Of a stretch of DNA of 64,000 bases, positions 37,231 through 50,108 are shown one piece after another (positions within the stretch are counted from its first letter, which is position 1; every line of letters begins with the position of its first letter). The stretch is from contig NW_026889803.1 of NCBI RefSeq assembly GCF_033153115.1, positions 65,162,001 through 65,226,000 of the forward strand, in the 5' to 3' direction. A model generated the notes under the pieces. It made no database searches, had not been told where the DNA came from, and saw nothing but the letters and a program-made list of their open reading frames with translations. Source of the DNA: Saccostrea echinata. Its lineage: Eukaryota. The translations under genes were made by a program, and so were the position numbers.

Positions 37231-39058
37231 TGTAAGATTTCCTCGTCAATCACATCCATCAGCAGATTGTACTTTTTCTTACATTTAGAGAATGGCCTTG
37301 TATGGTATAATAACACACAAGGTAAGAAACAAAAGTTGTTAACAAACGGGGGGTTCCCCGCTATGAGGCCGATTTCCAAGGTAATAACAGCGTTATACCT
37401 ATCATAATTTTGCAAGCACTCTGTCATGGAGATTATTGTTCTACTAGTTTCTAAACCCCATCATTAGTGTTTTGTATCCTGTAATCGGACAAATATTAAT
37501 CGGATACATAAAATGTTCTCCATTGACTGCTTTGAAGGAGGTTTTGAGCATCAAACTGTTACTTTTCCAATCCTTTATTATCTTTGAATTCTTACTATAA
37601 AAGTATTGCATCAAAACATTATGTGTAATACAGACAACAGTATTTTTTTTACATATCAGTCTACATATTAAATACATTTACATGAATATACAACTGTCAC
37701 ATTACACACAGGTACTTAGAGCCACATCTACATGTATAATATAGTTCTCTAATACAAAATGCATTGGAGCTCTGTTTTACATCAAAGTTTATAGAGTTGC
37801 AGAGGAAGTACCGGTATTTACTTTCACCGGAGTATTTCACTGAACACTCTTTGAAGAGAAATGAACAAAGCAACAACTTGCTTAGAATCAAATTGCACAT
37901 TTCTTAAGCTGCATTTTCTTTAAATACAGACTATAAAGCAGAGGATTTTTCTACAGTCCACACACACACATAAAGGAAAACCTCACTGGGACCCTCCCAA
38001 AATTAAATACATTGGACAGTAAAACATGTATAATCTGGATGGTGTGTACCGAGTATTCCAAAATCTTATGTATTATAATGAAAACTTCAGGTAAATTCAT
38101 TTGTTTAAAAATATTCTCTAATCTGGAATGTTGTCTCATCTGGAACCATTAGTGCCCTGATTAGACAAGTTTTACTACAAAACAAGGGGTTATTTAGCAG
38201 TATTTAACTTTAACAATCTGTTGTCCAAATTACTATTCAAAATTATGAAAACACATGGAGGTCAAACAATAACATCTAAAAAAAAAAAAAAAAACCTTGT
38301 TTTTATACAAAAAACAGTAAGTATCATAAATCCACCAGACCACACCAAAATCCATTCGTTTAGTCAGTCCAATGAATTCTTGTGGTGAACTTAAAAATCA
38401 ATTAAGCATTCCTTTAAACAACTCTTTACATAGGCTTTATAATACAATATTAATTATCATGTAAAAAAAAAATGATCAGGTACATATTACATCAAAGAAC
38501 AAAAATAATCCTATAAAAGTGAGATATCAATTTTGTAAATAGAAGATAACAACAACATGCCATTTCTTTATCCTATCACATCTATTGATTGTATCCTAAC
38601 ATATCACCACTCTAGTCCACATTAAAAATACATTAACAGTCAGTATCTAATACTGGATATAGGTAAATAAAAAATATATTCCAATGCAAGTAGATTTTTA
38701 TGAGGGAGTGTTTAACAAGCACAAAATAACTTAAATTCTACATGTAAAGCAACTGGATTTTTAAAACAAGAAAATTTTGATCCCAGAAAAAAAACTTTTT
38801 AATGAGATGCACTAAAGTTGTCTTTGTCACGGATTATGGATTATGCACAATCTGTACAAACAGTCTTCATTCTGAAATGAGAAAAAGAAAAAAAAATCTG
38901 TAAGGAAAAGTATTTAATGCTTGATCTTTCTATGCCCTTTCTTGTTTGCATTTTGTGTAGCTTGTGCATTTAACATTTCATACTACGAATACTTTCTAGA
39001 TCACGGTCCATCATATGTTATCAAAAAGTAAGGAGAACCCACTTGTTCTGACTTACTA

Positions 39059-42000
39059 TTATACATTAACTTCCATCTGTTCTGGAGTGGACGTTGTCCG
39101 TTTTCCCTCCTCCAGCATTTGTTCTACAATTTTCCACAAACAAGATTCCTTTGGAAAGTCATTGTCCACCAAGTTAACCAAGTAATAACTGTTAAAAATA
39201 TGGTCAATGATTTTTCTAGACTGCGATCCTTCTGAGTAAAGGTTACCCCAGGGGTGTTTCCACAATTCAAAGGCTTCATCCTGAAATGTACACATACATG
39301 TAACCAGAGGTCTCCAACGAGACTGAAGCTCGACTGGTCTGTACTTAGATAGAAGATAAAAGAGAAGTTGCACTGGGTTGATAATTTTTTTTGAAACATT
39401 TTTAGAATTCTGGATCTATATGTAATCTATTTATGTAGCTAATTTTTTAGAAAAAGGACCAAAACTGTAGCTGTAGTTTTTGATGAATTTCACAGAAATT
39501 TCTAGCAACTATGGCAACAATGTTCATCAAAATCAAAAATCAATATTTATATGTGCCCGTGAAGTTTACTTGTATGCTATAGTTTCATTCAAATAAACTG
39601 AAACTGTAGGAAGAGTAGTACTTTGCAAAATGTTTGCAATCAGTCAAACAGAGAATGTATGCTCTTCTGGTCTTCAACAAATAGAAAAAAATAGATCTGC
39701 AGGCCAGGGATAATTTTTTTTTTCAAAGTCATTTAGTACCCATACCTTCCAGGTTTTGAAGGCAATAGGATCCACCACTGTTGGTTGTATAATCTCTTTA
39801 CCAGGGAACACTCCCCAGGTGACTGCTATAGGAGTAGTGAGATCACAGTTTGTGTAGTCTGCCTCACCCTTAAAAATTTCATAAAAGAAAGCTGGTAAAA
39901 ACAGTTTACATCATCAGGTGCTTGCTTAAATTTATACTGTCATATATCACCTCATGCCTTTACTTACATTCTTATCCACTATATGATAGTTGACTAGGGG
40001 AAAGTTTTTCAATATTTTCTTCAGAGCAATACCGTTTTCTTTAGATGTGAAGAATTCCAAGTATGCCTAATAAATGTAAGTTACTCACAGTAAACATTCA
40101 AAGAATATATATATGTACCAGCAAAACAGAATATGACAACTGTACACTTTCTTTTTAAAAATATTTTCCTCTGAAATTATGTTTATGACTATGCCAACAT
40201 GCTAATTGTCAGTAAAGTGAACTGAACATTTACAAAGGAACTCTGACCTTTTGGTAGATGTAGCCATTGGGTGACCCCCAGCCCAGTTTGCTGTCTGAGG
40301 AGGGAGCTCCATTGACATTGGGCTGAGAGTTGATGGTGAGAACTCCACGTTTGTTGATGGCTTCAAGTTGCTCCTTAATAAAACCCGTCTCTGGTGACAA
40401 TTCATCATCATTCCATGGCATAGACCGAACCTAGTGAAAGATACCATTTAATTGGCTATTTGACTTCCCTTTCAAAGATTAAATGCATTCTTATTCCCTG
40501 TGTAATTCCATATATTCTTGATTTTTTTTTTAACTTATCCTGACCCAATTCTTACTGGAACATCCACATGTGTAAAACTAACCTTGACCCCATCCTTATT
40601 GGAACATCCAGATATGTAACACTGAAACACATCCCACACATCCTGCTCCGAGTTCAATTCCTCTCCCCACATTTTGAGGAGATCCTCTTTGGGAGGTTTA
40701 TGCTTCATATAAAACAAGTAGTAGTCTGTAAGATCTCCAAAAGAAGCTGCTGAGGAGTTCCCCCAGCGACCATTGGGAAACTCATCCCAGTTTGAAGTTC
40801 TGTAAATGTAACTCTTTGGTCGAGATCGCCAGAAGATTGGTCGCACATCCTCTTTACAACGCACATAATTGGCAGTCTGTTTCCATGGCAATGGTTTACA
40901 AGGCTCCTCCACCCACATGCCAAGTCTTTTGAGGATTTCAATGGTTGCGACTTCCCTGTTGAGTGTATAGAAGTGAACACCATGCACATCCTCATGTTTG
41001 AGAAGTTCACGACACATTTGGAATGCTTGTTCCACACCGTAGTTTCTGATTGCCTCATCATTGTCTTTAATCGGTTCAATAGCATCCAGAATCTCCTTTG
41101 GTACTTCTAATCGTGACAATTTCACAATGTGTCTGAGGGACTGGTAGGCCTATTTGTAAATGGAATTTTTTTTTTTTTTACGTTTTTCCACTCTTTTTAT
41201 AGAAATCATTTAATAATAAAGTTTGAATCTTCAAAGAAAATTTAGTGAAGCATTTTACAAAAGCTATCAAGCCAAAGACAGAATTTCTGTAGTATTTTAA
41301 CTTAAAGATGTTAAATACCTGAATTGGAAGGACACCTGGTATTATTGGACAGGTAATTCCTATCTCTCTACAGTCACGAACAAATTGAAAGAAAGTCTCT
41401 GCTTTGAAAAACAACTGTGTTATGATAAAGTCTGCACCAGCATCCACTTTTTCTTTCAGATGACGCAGATCTTCTGCATAAGAAGTACATTCTGGATGTC
41501 CAGTTGGGTACCCTACAAAAATTTACATAAAACTTTAAAAAAAAAAAAAAAACAGTGCACATTTTAATTGCTTTTAATTTTCAAAAGTGTCAGTCTAACA
41601 TTTATCTAGGTAACAATATTCTTGCAGTATGACTCATTTTCCCCATCACATAATTCTTAAGGTATGACTGTAACAATCCAAGGCAAGAAAATATAGGTGA
41701 CCCAATGGCCTCAAAAGGAGTCAATTCTGAAATACGCTTAATCTGATGGACCAGTGACTTTCTTGCAAAGTTAATCTTAATTCAACAACTTTAACACTAA
41801 AACATTCTTTAACATAATATCTGATCAAAAACAGAGAAGCAAGTGAAAATAAGAAATTATTCCTAGCCCCGTCAATAGTATTTTTTCTTTACCAGCCACA
41901 CAAATGGTGAAATGATCCCCATGTTCCTTCCTGATCAGTTTGACCAGATCTGTGGCATAGTTCAGTCCCTCCTCTTGTTTTGTCCAAGTTAACCCACCAT

Positions 42001-44414
42001 CTGGGGGATCTGAAACACAATGTTAATTTTCACTTTATAAATTTATTTATTTAAAAAAAAATGACATGATATTCTTTTTATGTTTCTTAATCTTGGAAAG
42101 ATGAAAAAAGTTTTTCTAAATATAAATACATTGTAAAATAAAACGTTTCAACATTTAAGATGCTTACATTACTAAAATTTCACATTATCCTCATGTTGTC
42201 ATTTTTTTCATATAATCTGTGATGAAGTCAACTACCCTAAACACTTCTTTTGAGGTATTGTTCAAATTTGTTAAGAAAAACTTAGCATTTATTTCTACCC
42301 ACCCCCTCTAAGAGCCAACAAGTTCTTCAGTCCCATGTCCTTGGCCTTTTTCAAGTTCCTCTTTATTTCGTCTTCATCCTGGTTGCTACAGGTAATGTGG
42401 AGCATTGTCTCCACGCCACAGTAGTTCAGCATGGTGACTGCCATACACGTGGAGCTCGTAGGCTTCTCTGTGTTCCCAGGGTCACCTGCAGGGTGCCAGG
42501 TGATGTCACAAAACAGGGGGCCACCCTCACTCATTCTCTCTATCCTTGAGTAATTAATACAAAAATTCCAATTACAGTGTAATCAATTGACCACTATAAT
42601 TTTATCTAATTCATTTTATTCATCAATCATTTGTAAAGTGAATTCAACCCAGTGATTTTTTTTTTATTCTGGTGATAATGCCCAGAGTATGCTTTTTTAA
42701 AAGTGCATAAATTATATCATAGTTCTAAAGCCACATAGGGGTCAAAATACTGCAGGCAAAGCCGATGATGCAGAAATCTTTTTTAGTGCTAAATAAATCA
42801 TTTCTGCTCTTACTATACTCAAAATTTTTAATGTACTCATTGCCAGTCAGGCAATCACAGCTTATCTAATATAAACATTGGCAACCATGTCATGCGGAAA
42901 TGACCGAAATATTTCACGACCTTCAGATAACTGAATGGGATTTTCCCTTCTCCTGAGAGCTATTTTTAACTTACATAAAATACCAAATGCATGCTAGAGT
43001 AAATAGTTGTGTCAAGACTTGTATGGCATATGCTAATTACGCTATTGAGACTTTATTTTTCTGATTACTTGGAAAGCTTATATCATGTGTTATTATTAAT
43101 CACTCAAAGAGCCAAACTATTTTAAATGTTCATATTCAATGCTCAACGATTAATCAGTATCAAAAAACAGATTTATATTTGTTATATTTGCCTTCTGAAA
43201 AGGATAAATAGTAATTATTTCATTTATTTAAGTAGAGTAAAACTCTGTGATCACATAATTGTATAAATGTTTTTAATTGTAAAATGGATTAAATGTTTTG
43301 CGGACTGGTAGTTGAGAGCCAATTGAATTCTCTATTGTACTGAATAGCATGCTCTGTAGACTTCAAAATAAAAACAAGGTGAAGGTCAGATGAGTATCAC
43401 GCTCGGCATGTATGAATAATCCAATAATTGTTATTTATTACTGACAACCAACAGGAAAAAATCCATAGCCCACCCATTTCCCAGTTTTTTCTTCATCTTC
43501 CAAGACAATGAGGACGTACAATTATAATACAAGTAAATTTTATAGCAGTGACAGTGAAATATAGGTCAGTGTACTTTAATGATGGATAATTCATGGAGGC
43601 ATGCAGTCAGACAGACAGTGCATGATAGTTGTATTGGTGCAGAAAATATATTGGAGGAAACATGATAATTAGCATACTACACAAATTCAGTGTTTCAATG
43701 GTATATTTTTAGTATACTAGTATATCATTTTTCCATTAAAGTGTTGAGGGTGCAGTACATTAAATTGTATCATTTTCTAATATATATCAGATAATTAAAT
43801 TCAGGGTTTCTTTTTTTCAATTTAAACTTCATTTCGGATTTCCAAGTTTAATGAGTGACTGTGATAAATACATTCAGATAAATAAAATTTCATATCAATA
43901 TTACCATTTACTCTAGAATTCTTAAGTGCAAATCCTGTTCCTGAGTTGGTAGTATACAAGCAAATTTGACTCATTTAAAACATGCCTTTTAATTATTTTA
44001 TTTTTTGTACTGACAGGATTTCTAATCACACAGTTGACTAAGGACAACTATATATACACACTACTGGAATTATTACTAACTGGCAAGACTGACCAGAATT
44101 CTTACTATTAACTTTAAATCATCTACTACAACTGACTTAATTGACTACCAGCAGGAATAATTTATTTACCCATACCTGCATTTCCTGCTGGGAAAAAAAT
44201 TTGGAATCGCTCACCTACTAACAAGGTTGACTGCCCCATTAGCTGTCCTTGGTGGGAAGAACTCGAGAGAATAAAAGGGATCCCCCGACTGGATCCTCTG
44301 GTTGATGCGCTCAATCACGCTCCGATATTCCCCGTACTCTGCCTCCTGTACTGGGGAGTGGGGAATGACCCCATTGGTGCCAATGACGGTGGTCCCATTC
44401 AGTAATTCAGGCAT
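39059..44414 (-). CDS. MTHFR: Methylenetetrahydrofolate reductase, ~648 aa, 9 coding exons
   Basis: Exons 44215-44414, 42303-42544, 41893-42009, 41319-41512, 40583-41149, 40248-40430, 39968-40066, 39746-39868, 39059-39280. Motifs [83 protein letters not shown] and AVTWGVFPG cover the catalytic and SAM-binding regulatory domains. Confidence 0.97.
40537..40623. repeat. Single diverged ~44-bp duplication of the MTHFR exon 40583-41149 end and donor
   Basis: Intronic atcctgacccaattcttactggaacatccacatgtgtaaaact versus junction aaccttgaccccatccttattggaacatccagatatgtaacact. Confidence 0.8.
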
Positions 44415-45301
44415 GGCTTCAGATCACCTGCTAAAAGATCAAAATTAATACCTCTTAATAAAATTCAGTCCAAGATTCTCCATGCACAAAATCAATTGCA
44501 TCATTTTTTCAATTACTGAACTTTTTGCTATTGTTTATTAATTTGAAGAATTTCTTTCACCTCTCTTAAGTAGATTGATCAAATAAACATCTATCACCTA
44601 ATGCACTAAAATACTCATTTCAGAATTTCTTTCACATCTCTTATCTTTAACTTACTATATACTGATCAAATATACATCTATCACTAAATGCACTAAAACA
44701 CTAAATTCTATAAATCAATGTTCCTTGGTACACAGAATGTAGAAATCTGTTTGACAGCATAAAGCATTAATTCTATACTCTTTACTGACAACAATTAAAT
44801 GGTGCTAAATGTTGAGATCAGATACAGAGATAGGCTCAATTTAGAACCTCTTCGATAAAACAACGGTCTAAGTTGTGGTCTATGGGTAAGATGCTGACGT
44901 AAATACTTGTGGATTCATCCATATATGTCCAGGATTTCACAGGTGAATTAATTATAACAATAGACTCTCCTGATATCATTACTGAATGAAATACTCATCT
45001 AAAAATGTGATTCCAACACCATTTAATCCTCAATATGAGCAATTTTGCAGATCAACATTTATAAAGTGTCTTAAAAATGGTTAACATTGAATAATTAAAT
45101 TGTTAAAAAAAAATGAATGACTATCTAAATAAAACAAAACCTTTTTATTATCCATAATCAATAAATATTACTTCTTAGATTCCATTTCCAATTTTTCCGA
45201 CTCTTTATGGGGTTCAGTAATATATATTTGCCTTGTTATATGCACAACTTTTTTTCCCTTCAAATTTTTAAATCATTGATATACTCTGAAAATAATGTAC
45301 C

Positions 45302-45793
45302 TGGCCATAAGCATCATAAGTGATCATTATTTTATTTTTCCACTATCTATTTTATTGAAAAATGCATTTTTCTAAAATATTATTGCAGTCTTATTTAATT
45401 GTTGATCATATTTTATGAATAAAACACCATAAAATGCAGAATTCTTTGCAGTTTTTAACACGATTTTAAAATAATTTTATCTTTAGGCATTGCGGTGATC
45501 AGGCTAGATACGTCAAATGTGAAATTAAAAAATTACAACTAATTTGTTAAGAAATAATAGTACTTTGAAGTTAGAATTTTTTCTCTTGACAATTTCACAA
45601 ATTATTCTCAATGATTAGTGTATCATTTTGTTTGGCACATGAAGACAAGAAAATTTGAATAATTCTGCATGATTCAGTGAAAAAATCATGGAAATTGGGC
45701 TAAAATTGACCTCACATTGTTTTTCTTTTACAAATTGGTTTTTCAATGAAATATTTATTGTGTAAAAATAAAATTATGACTCACTTATGGCCA
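45302..45793. mobile_element. Degenerate MITE in the MTHFR 5'UTR intron
   Basis: tggccataag...cataagtgatcattattttatttttccac / gtgtaaaaataaaattatgactcacttatggcca. Confidence 0.6.
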
Positions 45794-46311
45794 TTTTTAC
45801 ATTTTTAAAGTCATTCTTCTTGGATCACAGTAGATGTTGCTTGTTATGTAAATACAGGTGATTATATAATGATCAAGGAGAAAAGAAAGAAAACTAATTT
45901 CTATACTTTCAATAAATTATTTTTGGATGGAAAAACACAATATCGGAATGCACTGGTTCATTTCACTCAAATTCAAGGCATATTATTTATTTATTTTTAG
46001 ATAGGGCCAGATTAATTATAAAAGCACAAACTAAACATCTGTCAAAACATTTCCGAGTCGTCAGATCTACCACGTTACAAGTACTTTTCTTTTTAAAATA
46101 AGAAAATGCATGTATTGAAGAAATTAAGCAGTTTTTAAAATTATTTGATAAAGTAAACATACGCGTTCGCAATAATACATTCAAAGGCATGTAATGTTTT
46201 GTTTACAGTTTCCGCATCGTCGAATAACGATGACCAATACTGTTACTGACAACAGTTATAATAAATCTTCCTTTCACTGGTTAACAATAAATTTAACTTT
46301 AATCATACTAC

Positions 46312-46500
46312 CTGTTGTGTTTGCATAATTTTCCCATTCATGAACTAATTTTTTGCTATGCAATACCTTTAATTAAAGCAGCTATTTTGTTTTTCGGCGA
46401 ATGATTTTTCCAACACAGACTCCTATGCGCTTGCATTGAAAAACTGAAGAGACCAACATTGGTTTAGAGCCGGATTTATATAGAAGCAGCCAACCAATGA
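46312..46500 (-). promoter_or_regulatory. Probable MTHFR core promoter and non-coding first exon
   Basis: On the minus strand: TATATAAA (46475-46482), Inr-like TCAGTTT (46441-46447) and donor CAG|GTAGTA at 46310-46311. CCAAT boxes at 46458-46462 and 46494-46498. A TAGCAG acceptor lies just upstream of the ATG exon. Confidence 0.5.
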
Positions 46501-47260
46501 AAATCAAGCTAAATTTAGTGTAGCGCTATCGGAAAACCTCGGGTTATAACAAACAATCGATATTCTTAGTATTTATCATAGAGAAAGATCGGTGGTGGAT
46601 CTCAGCGCTATTCATTCTTAGGTGTCGGAAGCACTTTAGTCTTGAGCGCCGAAAGATAACTGTTCTTCCAATTCATTGATTAATTTATTTATAGCATTTA
46701 TTTTATAAGTTGTAAGCACAGACACTTGTTTCTGTAATATATTATATATATATTTTACCCCATATACTATACAAGTGCCTGCAGTGGCACAGGGGCTTGT
46801 CACGAAATATTTACCTTCTCTTAATTTAAAGTTACCCCTACTATAAAAATACAGTGACAAGCCCCTGTGCCTGTGTTAGTAAGTTCTTAACTAAGAGTTA
46901 ATTAAATTAATCCTTGGTAGAACAATGTCATGTATGTGTCTTCTAAATTTATTTTTGACTTCTGTCATAATTTGTTTTGCGCTGAATTATGTCTTTGTAT
47001 GTACAAATGACGTAATGTGTCGAATCTATTTGTCTATTTGTCTATGACAAGCACATTAATTAATTAATTAATACCCAAATCGTGCATGTAATTTTTTACT
47101 TATTTATACATGTATATTTATTTATTTGCTTGTTTGTTGTTCATTAGTTCGATCTTTCGTTCGTTCCTTGTTTCAATTATTCGTCGAAAGGATAAACAGA
47201 AATAAAATCCTAGTACATCGGTACACCGTGCTTATTTTGACATTTATTTACATTGTATAG

Positions 47261-47370
47261 GGTTGGTTGTTTAACGTCCCTTTGAGAATTTTCACTCATA
47301 TTGAGACGCGACCACTTGCGGATGGAGGGCTGCAAATTTAGGCATATACTCGGCACTCGGCATTTGAGCA
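47261..47370 (-). mobile_element. 3' fragment of a bivalve tRNA-derived SINE
   Basis: gtttaacgtccc...gagaattttcactcatattgagacg...gggctgcaaattta...ctcggcactc resembles the common oyster SINE2 tail (recalled, not searched). Confidence 0.6.
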
Positions 47371-47417
47371 TTAATTAAATAGGGTATCTTAGGAGAAAGC
47401 TTTCCCTCTACGTGGAA

Positions 47418-47496
47418 CAGGGGCGGATCCAGGATTTTTTTCAGGGGGCTCCATATCAACTGAAAATAATGTTTAACTCGGAAATTTTTTTCACAG

Positions 47497-47533
<37 letters not shown>

Positions 47534-47748
47534 TAGGAAAAAACTTCACAACTTGCCCAAACCTCAAAATTCTATTTCGTTGCGGGGGGGGGGGGGGGGG
47601 GGGTAGACAGGTCCGTCTTGCCTAGAGGTATTCCAAGGTCATTTTTTCGTTACTTTTACATAAATATTTCATAACTCTGATAATTCCAGGGGCGTCCGGA
47701 CCCCCTCCACGACCCCCCTTCACCAACCCCCAACTTGATCCGCCCATG
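47418..47748. mobile_element. MITE with 5-bp TSD
   Basis: caggggcggatc...gatccgcccatg; TSD TGGAA; internal poly-G, poly-C and poly-A tracts. Confidence 0.82.
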
Positions 47749-48110
47749 TGGAATCACTGCTCTCCAACATTTTAAGGGTGGTTATATTTGAAAACTACTG
47801 ACCAAAAATACATCGGCCACAACTTTCAAATCATTAATTTTTCTCTAACAAATAATGAAACTCCTTCTTTGGATATAAAATCAAAGCTAGTAATCTCCGT
47901 ATTTCATTTACTTTACTATACTGACTCATTACTGAGACTTGCCAAGTCTTGGTGTCAAGATTACAAAATGTTTCAATGCTATTTTTGTGGAAGTCAATAT
48001 ATTTTTGTGTAAAATTAATTTGTTCTTTTTTTTTAAAAAAGAATTGTTTCCCTATATAAATTTTACTATGTAAACTATTCGTTCCCATGTTGTTGTTACA
48101 CTGTCGTTAT

Positions 48111-48277
48111 CATAGGCGTCGGAAGCAAATTGAAAGCGGAGGGGGGATCTAAACCAACAAAATCGTTTGGGGTGGCTAAGTCCTTATTTTCAATGCCTAT
48201 ATTATGTTTATCTTTACAAAAAAGTGGGGGGGGGGGGTAAGCCCCCTCTAGTCCCCCCTCCTGTTCTGACGCCTATG
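48111..48277. mobile_element. MITE with imperfect 5-bp TSD
   Basis: cataggcgtcggaa / ttctgacgcctatg; flanks gttat/cttat. Confidence 0.75.
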
Positions 48278-48416
48278 CTTATTCCTGGTGCCATGATGAA
48301 AAGATTGACTTTAATATACATGTATACTCATTATAACGATAAGAAGACAAAAAATAGAAGAAAATCACTCGATCTTTAATATTAAATGGCATGTTCGATA
48401 GACCAAAACATGTATA

Positions 48417-48936
48417 AACAAGAGATGTTTGTGAAACACTTATGCCTCTCTCCCCCTTGGACATACATTATAGGGTGCACAAGCCTTTATTATGAGTATA
48501 CATTATGGGCAGTGTACATGGAAATGAAATTGACATTTTGAACTTAAAATCAATAGGGGTCATCTATCGGTACTATCTGAGATGCATCAACAAGAAATAG
48601 TCTTAATTATTCTACATCACATCTTTGGCAAAAACACGTTTCTCATGATATCAGTAATTAATTTGTTCAACCTTTGCAGAGATAATGAACGGAAAGCAAA
48701 ATAATTGGAATTTTTCTAAGTCCAAGGGGCATAACTCTGTCAAATATTGCTCGATCGTACCCAAAACAAAACTTGACATAGATATTCTTACGATAAATCT
48801 GTATACCAAATTTCATTTCAGTATGTGCAACCTCTGCGAAGAAAATGAACAGAAACTGTTGGTGGACCGACAGACAGACAGACTGACCGACCGACCGACA
48901 GACATGCCCTCCGTTCTTCGAAGGAGGGCATAATAA
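48417..48936 (+). mobile_element. HINE of a different family
   Basis: Terminus aacaagagatgtttgtgaaacac...atgcc, (GACA/GACC)n microsatellite, and terminal hairpin tgccctcc...ttcgaaggagggcataa. Confidence 0.7.
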
Positions 48937-49823
48937 ATGGCTACTGGCACAGGCAGTAATGAGAGATGCCTTCATAGCAAAATGTCAGAAACTTGTTTAG
49001 TTGACTATATTGTTAGAGTACCTCGATCGATGATACACTAATGCAAAACTTCAGGAAGTCCATGTGTGTGAGAGATTAGCCTCTCGTCTCTTTACGAAGT
49101 GGGAATCCTGTATCGATGCAGGCTGATCCGACTTTTTTTCAGCAGATTATCAATACAAATAAAACATGACGTTGCAAAAGACAATTTAGTTATCATCCAT
49201 GTGCCGTAAGACAATACCATATATAATATAAAATGTCATATTTTGTATATATATATATATGCACATATCTATATGAAAGTTGCTATGTATATTAAAGAAT
49301 ATTTACATTACATATGTGTTTTGCTTATACAGCGTGTGGAAAGCTACAGCAACACGGACAGGAGGTCAAAAGGTTAAGGTATACGTTTTATTTTGACGTC
49401 ACAAACTCTGAACGCCATGGAATTGCAACGTCATAAGCGAAAACCATAATTCACGCTCACTCTGAAAAAAAGCTGTTGCAATGGCTCTTCCATTAATTGT
49501 AATTTACTCGAAGGATAATGCAGGGATTTTGAAATAAAAATCATATTTGCAGTCAAGCCAACGAGTTAAAAAAGTAAATATAAGCAATGAATCATTACTT
49601 TTTGAAAGGTCTCATAACTGCAACGGTGTGTGCAAACAAATTTTCATGACTGACGCGCTAACGCGCGTTACTCAATTGCAGTTATGAGGCTATCTCTTTC
49701 AAAAAATAATGATTCAATGCTTAAATAATGTGTAAATGAGTATACTGAAAATTTTAGAGCGCAACGTTGATTATTTTTATAATAATTTTTAATTTTAGAC
49801 AACTTGTCTACGATTTTACTGAA

Positions 49824-50074
49824 TGAGACGGTACATTTTGTCGTTCTGTACATATTGTCGTCGGTGACAATATGTAGCCTCACTTTACAAATTGTCGTCC
49901 ATCGGTACATATTGTCGCCGGCGACAGTACATGCTGGGACGAGCATTTTTTTCCTCCTGCACAATGGACGACAACATGCATCGGCACATATTGTCGTCGG
50001 CGACAATATGTACTGTGAATATTTGGATATTTTATCGCCGATATATTGTACTGAAGAATATTTACTAAGGCCAT

Positions 50075-50108
<34 letters not shown>

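Noticed and set aside
35265-37249. Short ORFs within the satellite arrays
   Set aside because: Chance frames in non-coding HINE/Cg170 sequence.
39059-46312. METTL16-type UACAGAGAA hairpin regulating MTHFR
   Set aside because: I did not see the motif on the sense strand by eye; the only near match (44823) is on the opposite strand.
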